A stretch of DNA of 64,000 nt from a bacterium (GTDB lineage Bacteria > Zixibacteria > MSB-5A5 > GN15 > FEB-12), in contig JBDRNJ010000024.1 of the NCBI GenBank assembly GCA_043811375.1, positions 54,869 to 118,868 of the forward strand, read 5' to 3'. A model generated the notes under the pieces. That model was not told the origin of the DNA. It made no database searches and saw only the letters and a list, made by a program, of their open reading frames with translations. Positions 1 through 9,577 of the stretch are shown here, piece by piece. The position numbers and the translations under genes were made by a program. Positions within the stretch are counted from its first letter, which is position 1, and each line of letters opens with the position of its first letter.

Positions 1-169
1 CGACCGCTTTCAGGAAATTCGGCAACGACTCAAAAAAATCGGCGCCCGTCATTCTTTTCATGGGCCGACCCAGGCCCGGCACCTGCGTCCGATTGGATCG
101 TTGGGCATAACGGTAACGCTTGACCGACGTCAGGTCAATCGGCAGCAGCTTAGAGGGTTTTCGGGGCAC
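1..169 (-). CDS. Partial (N-terminal) conserved protein, probably the deoxyhypusine-synthase-like (GSU2086-like) family
   Basis: GTG at 169, 2 nt after the DUF3108 stop. Reads VPRKPSKLLPIDLTSVKRY...DFFESLPNFLKAV and runs off the window. Family recognised from memory of the PIDL...F..SLP..L pattern. Confidence 0.45.
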   Translation of the reverse strand, partial: MPRKPSKLLPIDLTSVKRYRYAQRSNRTQVPGLGRPMKRMTGADFFESLPNFLKAV

Positions 170-171
170 GA

Positions 172-1011
172 TCAGAAATCCTCGATCTTGCCTAAACGAT
201 AATCGGTCAACTCGGCCGTGATCGAACCCACCAGCACTTTGGACTTCATCAGGACGGGCATTTTCAGACGATCGTCGGTCAACCAGACTCTCAGCCGGCC
301 CTGATGCTTGAAAACACCCACCGATTTCAGCAACGGTTCCACCACCACACAATCAAATGTCCCGGCCTCCACCGTTACCGTCTCCCGTTTGAGAACCTTC
401 ACCTCAAGCGGATAATGCTTGCCGTCCGTGAAGTTGTCAACTGCCAGCGCCTGGCCCGGCTTTAGTTCCTGGGTTCGTACATAGTACAACACTGACAGCG
501 GATCCTGCACAAAGGGAGGTACCGACAGTGTGTCGTCGATGTAAAACGCCAGGTGATTGCGCTGATCGAAACAGTACCGTCTATCGGCCCGATAGCTGCC
601 CTCCCGAAGGTTCTTCTCAAAACGCCAACTGAACAACCCCACCGCGTCAATAATTGATTCCACTCGGTCATCAACGTTGTAGAAGGTGGAGAAGAATTTG
701 TTGGAGTTGGCCCGTGAGACAATCTGGTGGCAGGGACGCTGCTCATACTCAACCAGTCGTACCACCTCCATGGTGGCCACCCCGGCATTGATAAAGCCGT
801 AGTTGATATCGAACGTAAACTTCTCATTGGCCCCAAACGCCACATTCTCAACGTAGCGGTCGAAGGTATTGACTTCTTCGGTAATCTCGGAAGAGTCCTG
901 AGACGCCTCGGCGATACCCACCTCCACCGTTACGAAGTAGCCCAGGGGAAAAACACCGGCCACTACCAGCAGGATCAGCACGACTGTCTGCAACAGGGAT
1001 CTACGCGGCAT
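172..1011 (-). CDS. DUF3108 domain-containing exported protein
   Basis: N-terminal TM/signal, then 'FTFDINYGFINAG', 'QDPLS..YY.R', 'VEAGTFDC', 'VWLTDD...PV' pattern typical of DUF3108. Confidence 0.8.
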   Translation of the reverse strand: MPRRSLLQTVVLILLVVAGVFPLGYFVTVEVGIAEASQDSSEITEEVNTFDRYVENVAFGANEKFTFDINYGFINAGVATMEVVRLVEYEQRPCHQIVSRANSNKFFSTFYNVDDRVESIIDAVGLFSWRFEKNLREGSYRADRRYCFDQRNHLAFYIDDTLSVPPFVQDPLSVLYYVRTQELKPGQALAVDNFTDGKHYPLEVKVLKRETVTVEAGTFDCVVVEPLLKSVGVFKHQGRLRVWLTDDRLKMPVLMKSKVLVGSITAELTDYRLGKIEDF

Positions 1012-1495
1012 TGGTCTTCTCGTCTATCTTGTCGATAATCAACGGCAAGTGTTTACCCAGATACTCGCCTATTTCCAGAAACGCCGTGTTATACATCTCC
1101 AGTGGCTGCCCGATCGGGTCGTCGACACCTTCGCCGTTGCTGCCCGGCCGGGGAAAATTCTTGAATAAAAAGGTCCGATCAACTGCATCGCGCTTCAGCT
1201 TTAGAACTTCGTCCACGTGCCGCGGCGCCAGACCAAGGATGAGATCGCAGCGATCGATCAACGCCACCGTCAGCGGCTGCGACTGGTGATAAGAGATGTC
1301 CACATCCCAGATACGGGCTGCCTCAATAGCATACATGGTGGCCGGATAACCGGTCGCAGCTCCCGTTCCCGATGACAGCACCTCAAACCTGCCCGGACGT
1401 TCCTTCGCCAGCAGCATCCGTAGCGCTCCCTCGGCCATAGGTGAACGACAGGTATTGCCGGTGCAGACAAACATGATGACATAGGGTTCACTCAT
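1001..1495 (-). CDS. ywlE: Low-molecular-weight protein arginine phosphatase (YwlE-type LMW-PTP)
   Basis: P-loop VCTGNTCRSPMAE, with Thr at the position that is Ile in tyrosine-specific LMW-PTPs, and a DP(I)G loop. ATG at 1495 overlaps the tsaC stop. Confidence 0.8.
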   Translation of the reverse strand: MSEPYVIMFVCTGNTCRSPMAEGALRMLLAKERPGRFEVLSSGTGAATGYPATMYAIEAARIWDVDISYHQSQPLTVALIDRCDLILGLAPRHVDEVLKLKRDAVDRTFLFKNFPRPGSNGEGVDDPIGQPLEMYNTAFLEIGEYLGKHLPLIIDKIDEKTNAA

Positions 1496-2133
1496 GCCGG
1501 CCGCTCCTGCCAAGCCGCCATAATCTCATCGGAACCAATCGCACCCGGGCGCAGAATCCGAGGGCTGCCGCTACTGCAGTCGACAACCGTCGACGCCAAA
1601 CCATCGAGCACCCCACCATCGAGAAACATATCAACGCCGCCGGTCAGGCCGCTTCTGATCCGGTCGATGGTTGTCAGGGCAGGTGAACCGGAACAGTTGG
1701 CCGATGTTGCCGTCAGGGGAAAATTCGTTCGAGCCATAATCTGTCTGACCACCGGCGCCGAGGATATCCGAATCCCCACCCGACCACTCGCGGCCAGCGG
1801 GCTGATCCAGTCCGGCTGCCGATTCAATACCAGTGTCAGCGGACCGGGCAGGAACCGGGCGGCCAATACTTGAGCCGGAGGATTCACTTCGGCATATTCG
1901 GCAGCCATCCCGAGACTGTCGACAAAGATTGCCATCGGTTGTTCCACCGGACGTCCCTTGACTCGATATACCCTGGTCACCACCTCCGGCCGGTCGGCCC
2001 GCCCCAGCAGGCCGTATTGTGTTTCGGTCGGCGCCACCACCAGGGCGCCGACACCCAGCAAATCAACCGCACGACCGATCACCGCCGACGACGGCTGACG
2101 ATAATCAACCACAACGACCTTGACGTCAATCAT
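1492..2133 (-). CDS. tsaC: L-threonylcarbamoyladenylate synthase (TsaC/Sua5/YrdC)
   Basis: PTETQYGL, KGR, PGPLTLVL, TSAN.SG and STVVD..LRPGAI motifs. Start taken at MIDVKV, overlapping the SPOR gene stop. Confidence 0.92.
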   Translation of the reverse strand: MIDVKVVVVDYRQPSSAVIGRAVDLLGVGALVVAPTETQYGLLGRADRPEVVTRVYRVKGRPVEQPMAIFVDSLGMAAEYAEVNPPAQVLAARFLPGPLTLVLNRQPDWISPLAASGRVGIRISSAPVVRQIMARTNFPLTATSANCSGSPALTTIDRIRSGLTGGVDMFLDGGVLDGLASTVVDCSSGSPRILRPGAIGSDEIMAAWQERPA

Positions 2134-2749
2134 GGTAGTCAAAGCCATCCTCATATTCCAGGCTGTCCTCAATCACCGGCCAGGTACTGTCGGAGTAAAG
2201 CAGTGGTGCCTGCGGCACTCCCACATTAACCATAACCACCCAGGCCTCGGGATAACCGGCCGCCCGGACCCGCTGCTGGTAGTCCTCGGCCTCATCCCGG
2301 CTGGAGAAGCTGCCCACCCGCACTTTATAGTACGGTACCTCATAATCAAGGAACACGGGACGATCAAAAATCTCGCCGGCTACCCGCATCGTGTGACGCG
2401 CCTCACCATAGAGCTTGCTGGTGAACAACTGTATCCGGTAGGCCTGATGATTCAACGTGTCGATTGTTTCCGGCAGGTTAACGAACTGAACGGATGCCGA
2501 CCTCTCGCTGTACGAATCCGGCGATAACGCCGCCTCACTGCCATGAATGGCGTCGGGCCGGGGATACTTTTGGGGTACCACCTCCACATCGCGGTGCAGG
2601 TCCAGGGGATCAAAACCGGTCTTGTCGGAATCGGCGGTTTCGTTACCTGATTGCTTGCCACCGGAATGAGGCGGTCGGATACATCCGTTGGACCAGGCCA
2701 GGCCGACTCCGATCAAAACGATACTAAAGATACTGACGTGTCTTTTCAT
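2126..2749 (-). CDS. SPOR domain-containing (lipo)protein
   Basis: Signal peptide ending near a Cys. C-terminal 'YRIQLF...PYYKVRVGSF..R.EA......GYP.AWVV' SPOR signature. Confidence 0.85.
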   Translation of the reverse strand: MKRHVSIFSIVLIGVGLAWSNGCIRPPHSGGKQSGNETADSDKTGFDPLDLHRDVEVVPQKYPRPDAIHGSEAALSPDSYSERSASVQFVNLPETIDTLNHQAYRIQLFTSKLYGEARHTMRVAGEIFDRPVFLDYEVPYYKVRVGSFSSRDEAEDYQQRVRAAGYPEAWVVMVNVGVPQAPLLYSDSTWPVIEDSLEYEDGFDYHD

Positions 2750-3803
2750 CTTCTCCAAGCCGGGCCAGGATCTTCTTTATCTCCGAGGCCTTGGTGCGAT
2801 GAGTCACCAGTGTGATATTGTCGGTTTTGACGATAACCAGATCCGAAACGCCCAGAGTCGTAACGATCCCGTCGCTGTTATTATAAATGGTGCTCTCATA
2901 TGTCTCCACCGCCACCGCCTCCCCGATGATGACGTTGTTGTCTCTATCCATTTCCTTATACCGCTCCAGCGCCCGCCAGCCCCCGATATCATCCCAAATA
3001 ATGTCGCCCTTGATGGTCAGCACGTTATCGGCATTCTCTAAAACAGCAAAGTCAACTGAGATCGAAACCAATCTCTGATACAATTCCTGTCGTGCCTGCT
3101 GTTCACGATCGGTGCCGATTTCGTCAGAGTAGGCCGTGAGCAACCGGCTCATTTCCGGCTGACAATCAGCAATGGCTTTCAGGATCGATTGGGCGGACCA
3201 GACAAACATGCCGCTGTTCCAGAGATATTTGTTGCTGTAATAGTATTCATGGGCCACTTCCACCCGCGGCTTTTCGGTGAAGCCGGAGACAGCGTACACC
3301 ACACACCCGCCCTCGTGCCTATACATGTCCCCCAGCTTGATGTACCCGTAATTGGTTTCCGGACGGGTGGGAGTTATGCCGATAGTAATCAGGCAGTCCT
3401 CGCTGGCGGCAATGGCGGTTCCGGCTTTCAGAATCTCCAGCAGCTTCTGAGCCGGACGTATCAGGTGATCGGCCGACAAAACTACCATCATCGCCTGAGG
3501 ATCTTCCCTGAGCAAATGGACAGCCGTCACTCCGATAGCGGCACAGGTGTTGCGACCCTGTGGCTCACACAGGATGTTGCTTTCATTAACCGAATCCATG
3601 GAATCGAGGATAAACCGATGCAACCCTTCACCGGTAACGATGCGAATATTCTCGGTCGGTATCAGCGGCAGCACCCGGTCAATAGTTTCTTCCAGCATGG
3701 TCTTATCGGATGTGAGTTTCAGAAACTGCTTGGGACGATCAACTCGCGACAACGGCCAGAACCGTTCACCTCTGCCACCTGCCAAAATGACTCCGTAGAC
3801 CAC
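2724..3803 (-). CDS. manC: Mannose-1-phosphate guanylyltransferase
   Basis: ILAGG.GERFWPLSR...PKQF, EP.GRNT, ADH, YGYI, FTEKP, WNSGMF and WDDIG motifs. Confidence 0.93.
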   Translation of the reverse strand: MVYGVILAGGRGERFWPLSRVDRPKQFLKLTSDKTMLEETIDRVLPLIPTENIRIVTGEGLHRFILDSMDSVNESNILCEPQGRNTCAAIGVTAVHLLREDPQAMMVVLSADHLIRPAQKLLEILKAGTAIAASEDCLITIGITPTRPETNYGYIKLGDMYRHEGGCVVYAVSGFTEKPRVEVAHEYYYSNKYLWNSGMFVWSAQSILKAIADCQPEMSRLLTAYSDEIGTDREQQARQELYQRLVSISVDFAVLENADNVLTIKGDIIWDDIGGWRALERYKEMDRDNNVIIGEAVAVETYESTIYNNSDGIVTTLGVSDLVIVKTDNITLVTHRTKASEIKKILARLGEDEKTRQYL

Positions 3804-3838
3804 CTGTTATCCTTTCACCTTATCTCTCTAATTACTTG

Positions 3839-3866
3839 ATTATAACGGAGTAATACTGTCAGTCAA
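3839..3866 (-). promoter_or_regulatory. Sigma70-type promoter upstream of manC
   Basis: TTGACT-N16-TATAAT on the minus strand, about 35 nt before the manC start. Confidence 0.6.
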
Positions 3867-3946
3867 CATAAAGTTGAACGGGCGGGGCGGTTACAGCCGG
3901 TCCGGCGGGAATCACCAACCGCGCTCAAAGCACCACCACCGGGAAT

Positions 3947-4672
3947 TCAACGACGAATGCGAAAAAACAGGAATACCCACGGTCGCAGTATCGACCACCA
4001 GCCAACCAGCGGCACGATCTTGGTGTAGTTTTTCTTCTCTTCGGGATAAGCCATTGTGACCGGAACTTCCACCATTCGGAAGTCGTTGCGGGCTACCTTG
4101 TAATGAATATAATACTCCAACTCGTAGCGATCAAGCCACTCCTGGTCGAGATTTATGTCAGGGTGATCAAGAATATCAAGTCGGTAGGCTCTAAAACCGC
4201 AGGTGACATCGGTACCTTTATATCTCAGCAGTATATTGGTAACCAATGTAAACAGTCTGATAGCCAGATTGCGAAATAGCGGCAGGTTCGGACTCTGACC
4301 GCCCTCCAGGTATCTCGAACCCTGAACATAGTCGGCCTTATCCTCAAGGATCGGCGCCACTAAACGGGGAATCTCGCCGGGTATCATTTTGCCGTTACCG
4401 GCCATCACAACAATAGCCTTCAAGCCCTGTCGGCGACCGTAGTCGATAGCCTTTCTGATGGAAGTTCCCACGCCACAGTTCTGTTCATTCCGAATGACAT
4501 GATGCCCTGCCGCCACAAGCCAGTCAGCGGACTGATCGGTGGAACCGTCATCGACGAAAATCAGCCGGTACTCGGTGGGGGCCGGAAATAATCGCACCAG
4601 CCGCCGCAGTTTCTCACCCTCGTTGTAAGTGATGACCGCCACCAGTATATCGCGCAGCGACCGTCCGTCCAT
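3947..4672 (-). CDS. GT2 glycosyltransferase, polyprenol-phosphate sugar synthase (DPM1-like)
   Basis: TYNE, VDDGSTD, N.GVG, GSRY, D.TCGFRAY and EVPV motifs. The DxD position reads AGN. Confidence 0.85.
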   Translation of the reverse strand: MDGRSLRDILVAVITYNEGEKLRRLVRLFPAPTEYRLIFVDDGSTDQSADWLVAAGHHVIRNEQNCGVGTSIRKAIDYGRRQGLKAIVVMAGNGKMIPGEIPRLVAPILEDKADYVQGSRYLEGGQSPNLPLFRNLAIRLFTLVTNILLRYKGTDVTCGFRAYRLDILDHPDINLDQEWLDRYELEYYIHYKVARNDFRMVEVPVTMAYPEEKKNYTKIVPLVGWWSILRPWVFLFFRIRR

Positions 4673-4673
4673 G

Positions 4674-5255
4674 TTACCTGGCCGTCACCTGTCCATCACG
4701 CAGAGCATACTCGCGTCCGCAGACCCGGCAGCGGGCTACTTCCTTATCACCGGAGCGCGAGAACTCCAGCCGTTGAGCACAGGTACAGACATATCCCGCC
4801 GGTCGAGCCGGATTGCCCAGCCAGAGACCAAAATCAGGAACATCCCTGGTAACCACAGCCCCGGCGCCGATAAAGGCGAAGCGCCCCACAGTGTGTCCGG
4901 CTACAATCACGGCTCCGGCGCCGATCGTGGCGCCATGGCGGATCAGGGTGGCGTCATACCTGTCACGAGCCACCTTGCTGCGCGGGTAAACGTCGTTGGT
5001 GAACAGGACGCCGGGACCGACAAAGACTTCATCCTCCAGAACCACCCCATTCCACAATGAGACCCCGTTCTTGACAGTCACCCGGTCGCCGACTACGACT
5101 CCTTTCTCAACAAAACAGCCATCGCAGATGTTGCAGTCGGCGCCTATACGAGCGCCCTGCTGAACATTGCAGAAGGCCCAGATGCGACTGCCGGCACCTA
5201 TCTGATCGGTCTCGACAATGGCCGCGGGATGAGCGAAAAACCTGGTGTCCGTCAT
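4674..5255 (-). CDS. Hexapeptide-repeat sugar N-acetyltransferase (WbpD/WlbB-like)
   Basis: Left-handed beta-helix repeats, 'IWAF', 'FTND.YPRS', 'GNPAR..GYVC.C' and a C-terminal CxxC. Confidence 0.87.
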   Translation of the reverse strand: MTDTRFFAHPAAIVETDQIGAGSRIWAFCNVQQGARIGADCNICDGCFVEKGVVVGDRVTVKNGVSLWNGVVLEDEVFVGPGVLFTNDVYPRSKVARDRYDATLIRHGATIGAGAVIVAGHTVGRFAFIGAGAVVTRDVPDFGLWLGNPARPAGYVCTCAQRLEFSRSGDKEVARCRVCGREYALRDGQVTAR

Positions 5256-5256
5256 A

Positions 5257-6267
5257 TCAGTCGAGTCTGACTACCTTTCCCTGGTTCCGTATCGACAGGT
5301 TGGCGGCTTCCAGGATACGCACCACCCGCAGTCCTGCCTGCCCATCGGTCAGGGCCGGTCGATCTTCATGGATACAGTTGTAAAATTCGCGACTCACGTG
5401 GTGAAGCGCCTCCGTCAGGTCGACATGCGGAGCCCACATGTCTCCCGTTCGATATTGTATCAACATGCGGTAGATTTCATCCCCATCGGGGATAACGTCC
5501 ACTCCCCGATCATATACTTTGACCTTTTCCGACGGTTCCGTGTCATCGTAGATAATCATCTGGCGCGATCCTGAGATAAGGGTCTTGCGTACCTTGACCG
5601 GCGCCAGCCAGTTGACATGAATATGCCCCAGCAGGTTGTCATCGTAATAGGTCGAGATGTAGGCGATGTTCTCGATGTCGCCCTCGAAATGTGCCATACC
5701 GGTGGCGGCTATCGCCCGCGGCGACCGATCCAGCAGGTAGTCCATGATGGAAACATCGTGGGGAGCCAGGTCCCAGATAACGTTGACATCGTGCTGGAAC
5801 AGGCCCAGATTCACTCGCACCGAATCGAAATAGTACAACTGTCCCAGTTTGCCGGAAACCACCAACTCCTTGATGGTCTGTACGGCGCCGGTGTAAACAA
5901 AAGTGTGGTCGACCATCAGCCGCAACCGCTTCTGCTCGGCGGCATCGATTAACCGTTGACCCTGTTCCACCGTAGCCGTCAGTGGTTTTTCCACCAGCAG
6001 ATGTTTGCCGTTGGCCAGGGCTTCCATACCCAGTTCGAAGTGGCTCGACACCGGTGTGGCGATCACCACCGCATCAATGTCGGGCGACCGCAATACCTCG
6101 TTGGTGTCTGCGGTCAGACAGGAAATGGCCGGATACCGGCGACGAACGAAGTCCAGTCGGTCAAGACGCCGGTCGCACACGGCGACAACCTCAATGTCGT
6201 CCAGAGCGTTAAAATTGCGGATCAGGTTGGGACCCCAGTAGCCACAACCGATAATGCCGATTTTCAT
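5257..6267 (-). CDS. Gfo/Idh/MocA family oxidoreductase (NDP-sugar 3-dehydrogenase-like)
   Basis: GCGYWGPNL.RNF, IATP..SH, EKP and WDLAPHD motifs. Confidence 0.9.
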   Translation of the reverse strand: MKIGIIGCGYWGPNLIRNFNALDDIEVVAVCDRRLDRLDFVRRRYPAISCLTADTNEVLRSPDIDAVVIATPVSSHFELGMEALANGKHLLVEKPLTATVEQGQRLIDAAEQKRLRLMVDHTFVYTGAVQTIKELVVSGKLGQLYYFDSVRVNLGLFQHDVNVIWDLAPHDVSIMDYLLDRSPRAIAATGMAHFEGDIENIAYISTYYDDNLLGHIHVNWLAPVKVRKTLISGSRQMIIYDDTEPSEKVKVYDRGVDVIPDGDEIYRMLIQYRTGDMWAPHVDLTEALHHVSREFYNCIHEDRPALTDGQAGLRVVRILEAANLSIRNQGKVVRLD

Positions 6268-6291
6268 CGCTATGTTTCCCTTACGGGTTGA

Positions 6292-8514
6292 TCAGTACAC
6301 CAGGCAACTGCCATCGGGCTTGAAATGCATCAGGAAGATATTGTACCGTCCCGTCTGCTTTCCCGCTGCCGGCGACAGGTCTCTCCCGGCAACCATCTTG
6401 CCATCCGAGCGCTCAGTATAACAGGAAAGTGTCGAGTCAGACAAGTAATTTACTTGGTAGCGAATACGGGGATCATTACAGTGCACGTAGCGCTCAATGG
6501 AAGTAAACCGGACACCGGGGATATACCCTAGCCGGCTGCCGGTCTTGTAATTGCCCCAGACGGAGATATGGTTATTCTCTTCTTCAAAGCGATCGTTGAT
6601 GGCTAACCAGATGTCCACGAAGCCGTCCCGATCAAGTACCCGGCGGATAAGGGAATCATCCAACGGCACGATCGCATACTGGCGGAACTGTTCAATCCCG
6701 AGCGGTTCAAAGCGGGCGTAGAAGTCGTAGGTTGCCTTGGGATAGAACAGGTCCGACAATGGTTTCTGCCCTCCGACAAATTCAAAGGTAGTGTCACCGA
6801 CGGCCATAGTGAAAGTATTGCGCCGACCGTGACCGGAGTTGACATCAACCACCACCGCCAGCAGTTCGTCCTGACGGACTTCTTTCAGGTCGGAAATGTA
6901 CAGCCGTGTTCCGGCCTTCACACTGTCGCTGGTGAGACGACATTCAAACTCAGCCCAGCCTGCCCGTGAGAGGGTAGTGGTCCAGCCGATCACACTGACC
7001 AATAACAACGGCACTGCGACGACAAGCAAACGGCCCCGGGGGTAGTGTTCCCAGGTCAACCTGCGGCTGAGCAGAAAAAGTCCCCCGCCCAGCAAAGACG
7101 TCTTCATCAGCAGGATTCCGATCACCAGAGTCAGACTCATTCCGTTACCGAAGATACTGTTGAGCCAGTTCTGATCGAAACCATAAGCTGCCACCATCAG
7201 GACCAGCGCCGCCACCGGCATCAATCTGGTTCGGACGGTGCCGGTTTGACAGGCTTCCCACAACAGGGTCATCAAATAGGCGCTGCCCAGCAGCACCATC
7301 GGCATGGCGTTGAAGTTGTATCTTGAAAGCGAATGAAAGATAAGATGAACGGCAGTGTAATAGCCGATTATAGCCACCGGCCACACCGCTCGTGTCAGAT
7401 TACTGCTCGCCAGAATCAGCAACCCCAGCAGCCCTGAAACAACGATCACCAGGTGCAGCTTCTCCCCCGTACGGTATGGCACAATGAAACTCCGCTTGAA
7501 GTCATTAAACGGTCGATGCCAGAGACGATCAAACTTCTTGACTGTCAGACCGACTGTTCCGATAGGGTCACTCACCAAATCACCGACCACAGAACGCTTC
7601 CAGAAGTCTTTCTCCACCTTATCGAGATCATACCCTTCGAACACGATGGAACTAGATTGTCGCAGGTTGGAAGCAGCGTAGGAGGGATCACGCAAAGTCA
7701 GTTGGCCATAGTGTGTCGACGTCAATACCAGCCAAGCCACGAAGATCAAGACTGCCGGTGTGACGTAAAATAGCCAGCGACTGACAGCCATTCGTGCCGG
7801 CCAGACACCGTGAGTACGCGCCAGCAGACCGATAGACAGCGGTATCATCAGCAACATCGCCGTTGGCTTGTTGAGAACCAGCAGCCCGGTCACTACCCCG
7901 GCCAACATCAGCGGCCACCGATCATGGCTCTCACACCCTCGCAGCAGCAAGTACAGCGCCAGCAGTATCCAGAAGCTGGTAGATGTCTCCAACAACAGCA
8001 TGGAACTGCCCAGCATGAATGGAAAGTAAATGGCATACAGCAGGCTGGCTATCAGGGCTGCCTTGCGCCCGACCAAACGCAACCCGATCCCAATAATCAG
8101 CAGTGTACTCAGCGCATCGAGCAGAACTCCCAACAGGCGGGCAAAAGTGAAATCCTCCGTCGGCGCCAGCAAGAGTATGACTGCCAAAAGACCGGGATAA
8201 AGAGGACCGCTGAAAAACATATCCTCGCGCGCCTGCGTCAGAGTATGGGGCTGGTAGAAAAGCCATTCAATTTGTTCCCCCTGGATGTACTTCCGGCAGT
8301 AGTGGTCAAACTGCAGTCGGTCTTCACGTTCAGAAACGACCGGTCCGGCTCCGCTGTCGTCCACCAGGGATATCAGGCCGATAGACGCCGCTACATAACG
8401 GCGGGCGTCCCACATGACCGGCAACAGATCGCCGAACATCAGGAAACCCAGCCGCAGACCCAGCGACAGAACCAGTATCAGAATCACCCGACGACGAAAC
8501 GTACCGGTGGTCAT
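6292..8514 (-). CDS. GT-C glycosyltransferase (ArnT/PMT_2, GT39/83-like) with C-terminal periplasmic domain
   Basis: Acidic 'WDARRY' in the first loop, 'PLYP', many TM helices, 'LLET' and 'SRY..AMP'. Confidence 0.75.
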   Translation of the reverse strand: MTTGTFRRRVILILVLSLGLRLGFLMFGDLLPVMWDARRYVAASIGLISLVDDSGAGPVVSEREDRLQFDHYCRKYIQGEQIEWLFYQPHTLTQAREDMFFSGPLYPGLLAVILLLAPTEDFTFARLLGVLLDALSTLLIIGIGLRLVGRKAALIASLLYAIYFPFMLGSSMLLLETSTSFWILLALYLLLRGCESHDRWPLMLAGVVTGLLVLNKPTAMLLMIPLSIGLLARTHGVWPARMAVSRWLFYVTPAVLIFVAWLVLTSTHYGQLTLRDPSYAASNLRQSSSIVFEGYDLDKVEKDFWKRSVVGDLVSDPIGTVGLTVKKFDRLWHRPFNDFKRSFIVPYRTGEKLHLVIVVSGLLGLLILASSNLTRAVWPVAIIGYYTAVHLIFHSLSRYNFNAMPMVLLGSAYLMTLLWEACQTGTVRTRLMPVAALVLMVAAYGFDQNWLNSIFGNGMSLTLVIGILLMKTSLLGGGLFLLSRRLTWEHYPRGRLLVVAVPLLLVSVIGWTTTLSRAGWAEFECRLTSDSVKAGTRLYISDLKEVRQDELLAVVVDVNSGHGRRNTFTMAVGDTTFEFVGGQKPLSDLFYPKATYDFYARFEPLGIEQFRQYAIVPLDDSLIRRVLDRDGFVDIWLAINDRFEEENNHISVWGNYKTGSRLGYIPGVRFTSIERYVHCNDPRIRYQVNYLSDSTLSCYTERSDGKMVAGRDLSPAAGKQTGRYNIFLMHFKPDGSCLVY

Positions 8515-8560
8515 GAATCACTCGCTCTCGTCGAAAGTACCGGTGCCCGGTCGACCGGCG

Positions 8561-9577
8561 TTACTGTGGCATCTCTTCAGTGGCTTCTTCTCCCAGTGTC
8601 TTCAGCGACAGGTGTTCTTTTTTCAGGAAATAAAAGCCCATCATCGTAACTATCAGGTACTGTGCCGCGTGCAGCACCAGGGCGCAGGAAAGCGCATCCT
8701 CTTTGGCAATACCGTAGGACATCAGGGACCACACCGCTCCGGCATGGTAGACACCCACAAATCCGGGCGAAGACGGTACCAGAATCGATATTGAAACCAC
8801 CACCAACAGCACGTACGAGGCATCCAGCGACAGTTCGAAACCAAAGGCCCAGAATACGAATATGTTGGACAGCCCCATCAGCAGCCAGATAAGAATCGTG
8901 TGCAGCGCCACCAAAGCAACACTGCGGGGACTGTTGAGAAATTCCAACCCACGGGAGAACTTCAGGATTATATTGTGAAAGACCTGCCGCACACTCTGCG
9001 GCACAAAAAACAGATACCTGGTCAGAAGACGCCCGGCCTGGTCCGCCTTAAGAGCCAGTACCAATACGATTACAATTCCCGACAGCGCGATACCGATGGC
9101 CACATTCAGCCCATACTTCATGGACTCATTCAGCGACAAATGGGACAGAGACACTACCGCGCCGAATATCAGCAGCAGTGCCACCAGGTCGAAAACCATT
9201 CGCTCCACGAATATGGTAGCCAATGATGCCGACTTGGTAATTCCTCTGTCCTGCGAAGACAGCGAGTAAGCCCGCACAAACTCCCCCAACCTCAACGGCA
9301 GGACATTGTTGGCCATAAAGCCGATACATGTCGCCGCCAGCAGCTTGGAGAACGGAACCTGTTTTATCGGAGCCAGCATGAATCGCCATCGATAGGCACG
9401 CTGGTACATGGTCAGGACAATGAAAGCAATGTTGGGAATCAGCCACAGGTAGTTGGCGTCACGCAGGGATGTCACCACTTCCGAGAAATTAATGTTGCGG
9501 AAAAGAAACCACAACAGGATCACGGAGATTCCCAACCCAATCGCCAAATAGAGCACCTTTTTCTGATTGATGGTCAT
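8561..9577 (-). CDS. Lysylphosphatidylglycerol-synthase-TM / flippase-like membrane protein (UPF0104)
   Basis: RAYRW, N.VLP.RLGE.VR, ERMVFD and P.SPG.VG.Y motifs. Confidence 0.85.
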   Translation of the reverse strand: MTINQKKVLYLAIGLGISVILLWFLFRNINFSEVVTSLRDANYLWLIPNIAFIVLTMYQRAYRWRFMLAPIKQVPFSKLLAATCIGFMANNVLPLRLGEFVRAYSLSSQDRGITKSASLATIFVERMVFDLVALLLIFGAVVSLSHLSLNESMKYGLNVAIGIALSGIVIVLVLALKADQAGRLLTRYLFFVPQSVRQVFHNIILKFSRGLEFLNSPRSVALVALHTILIWLLMGLSNIFVFWAFGFELSLDASYVLLVVVSISILVPSSPGFVGVYHAGAVWSLMSYGIAKEDALSCALVLHAAQYLIVTMMGFYFLKKEHLSLKTLGEEATEEMPQ

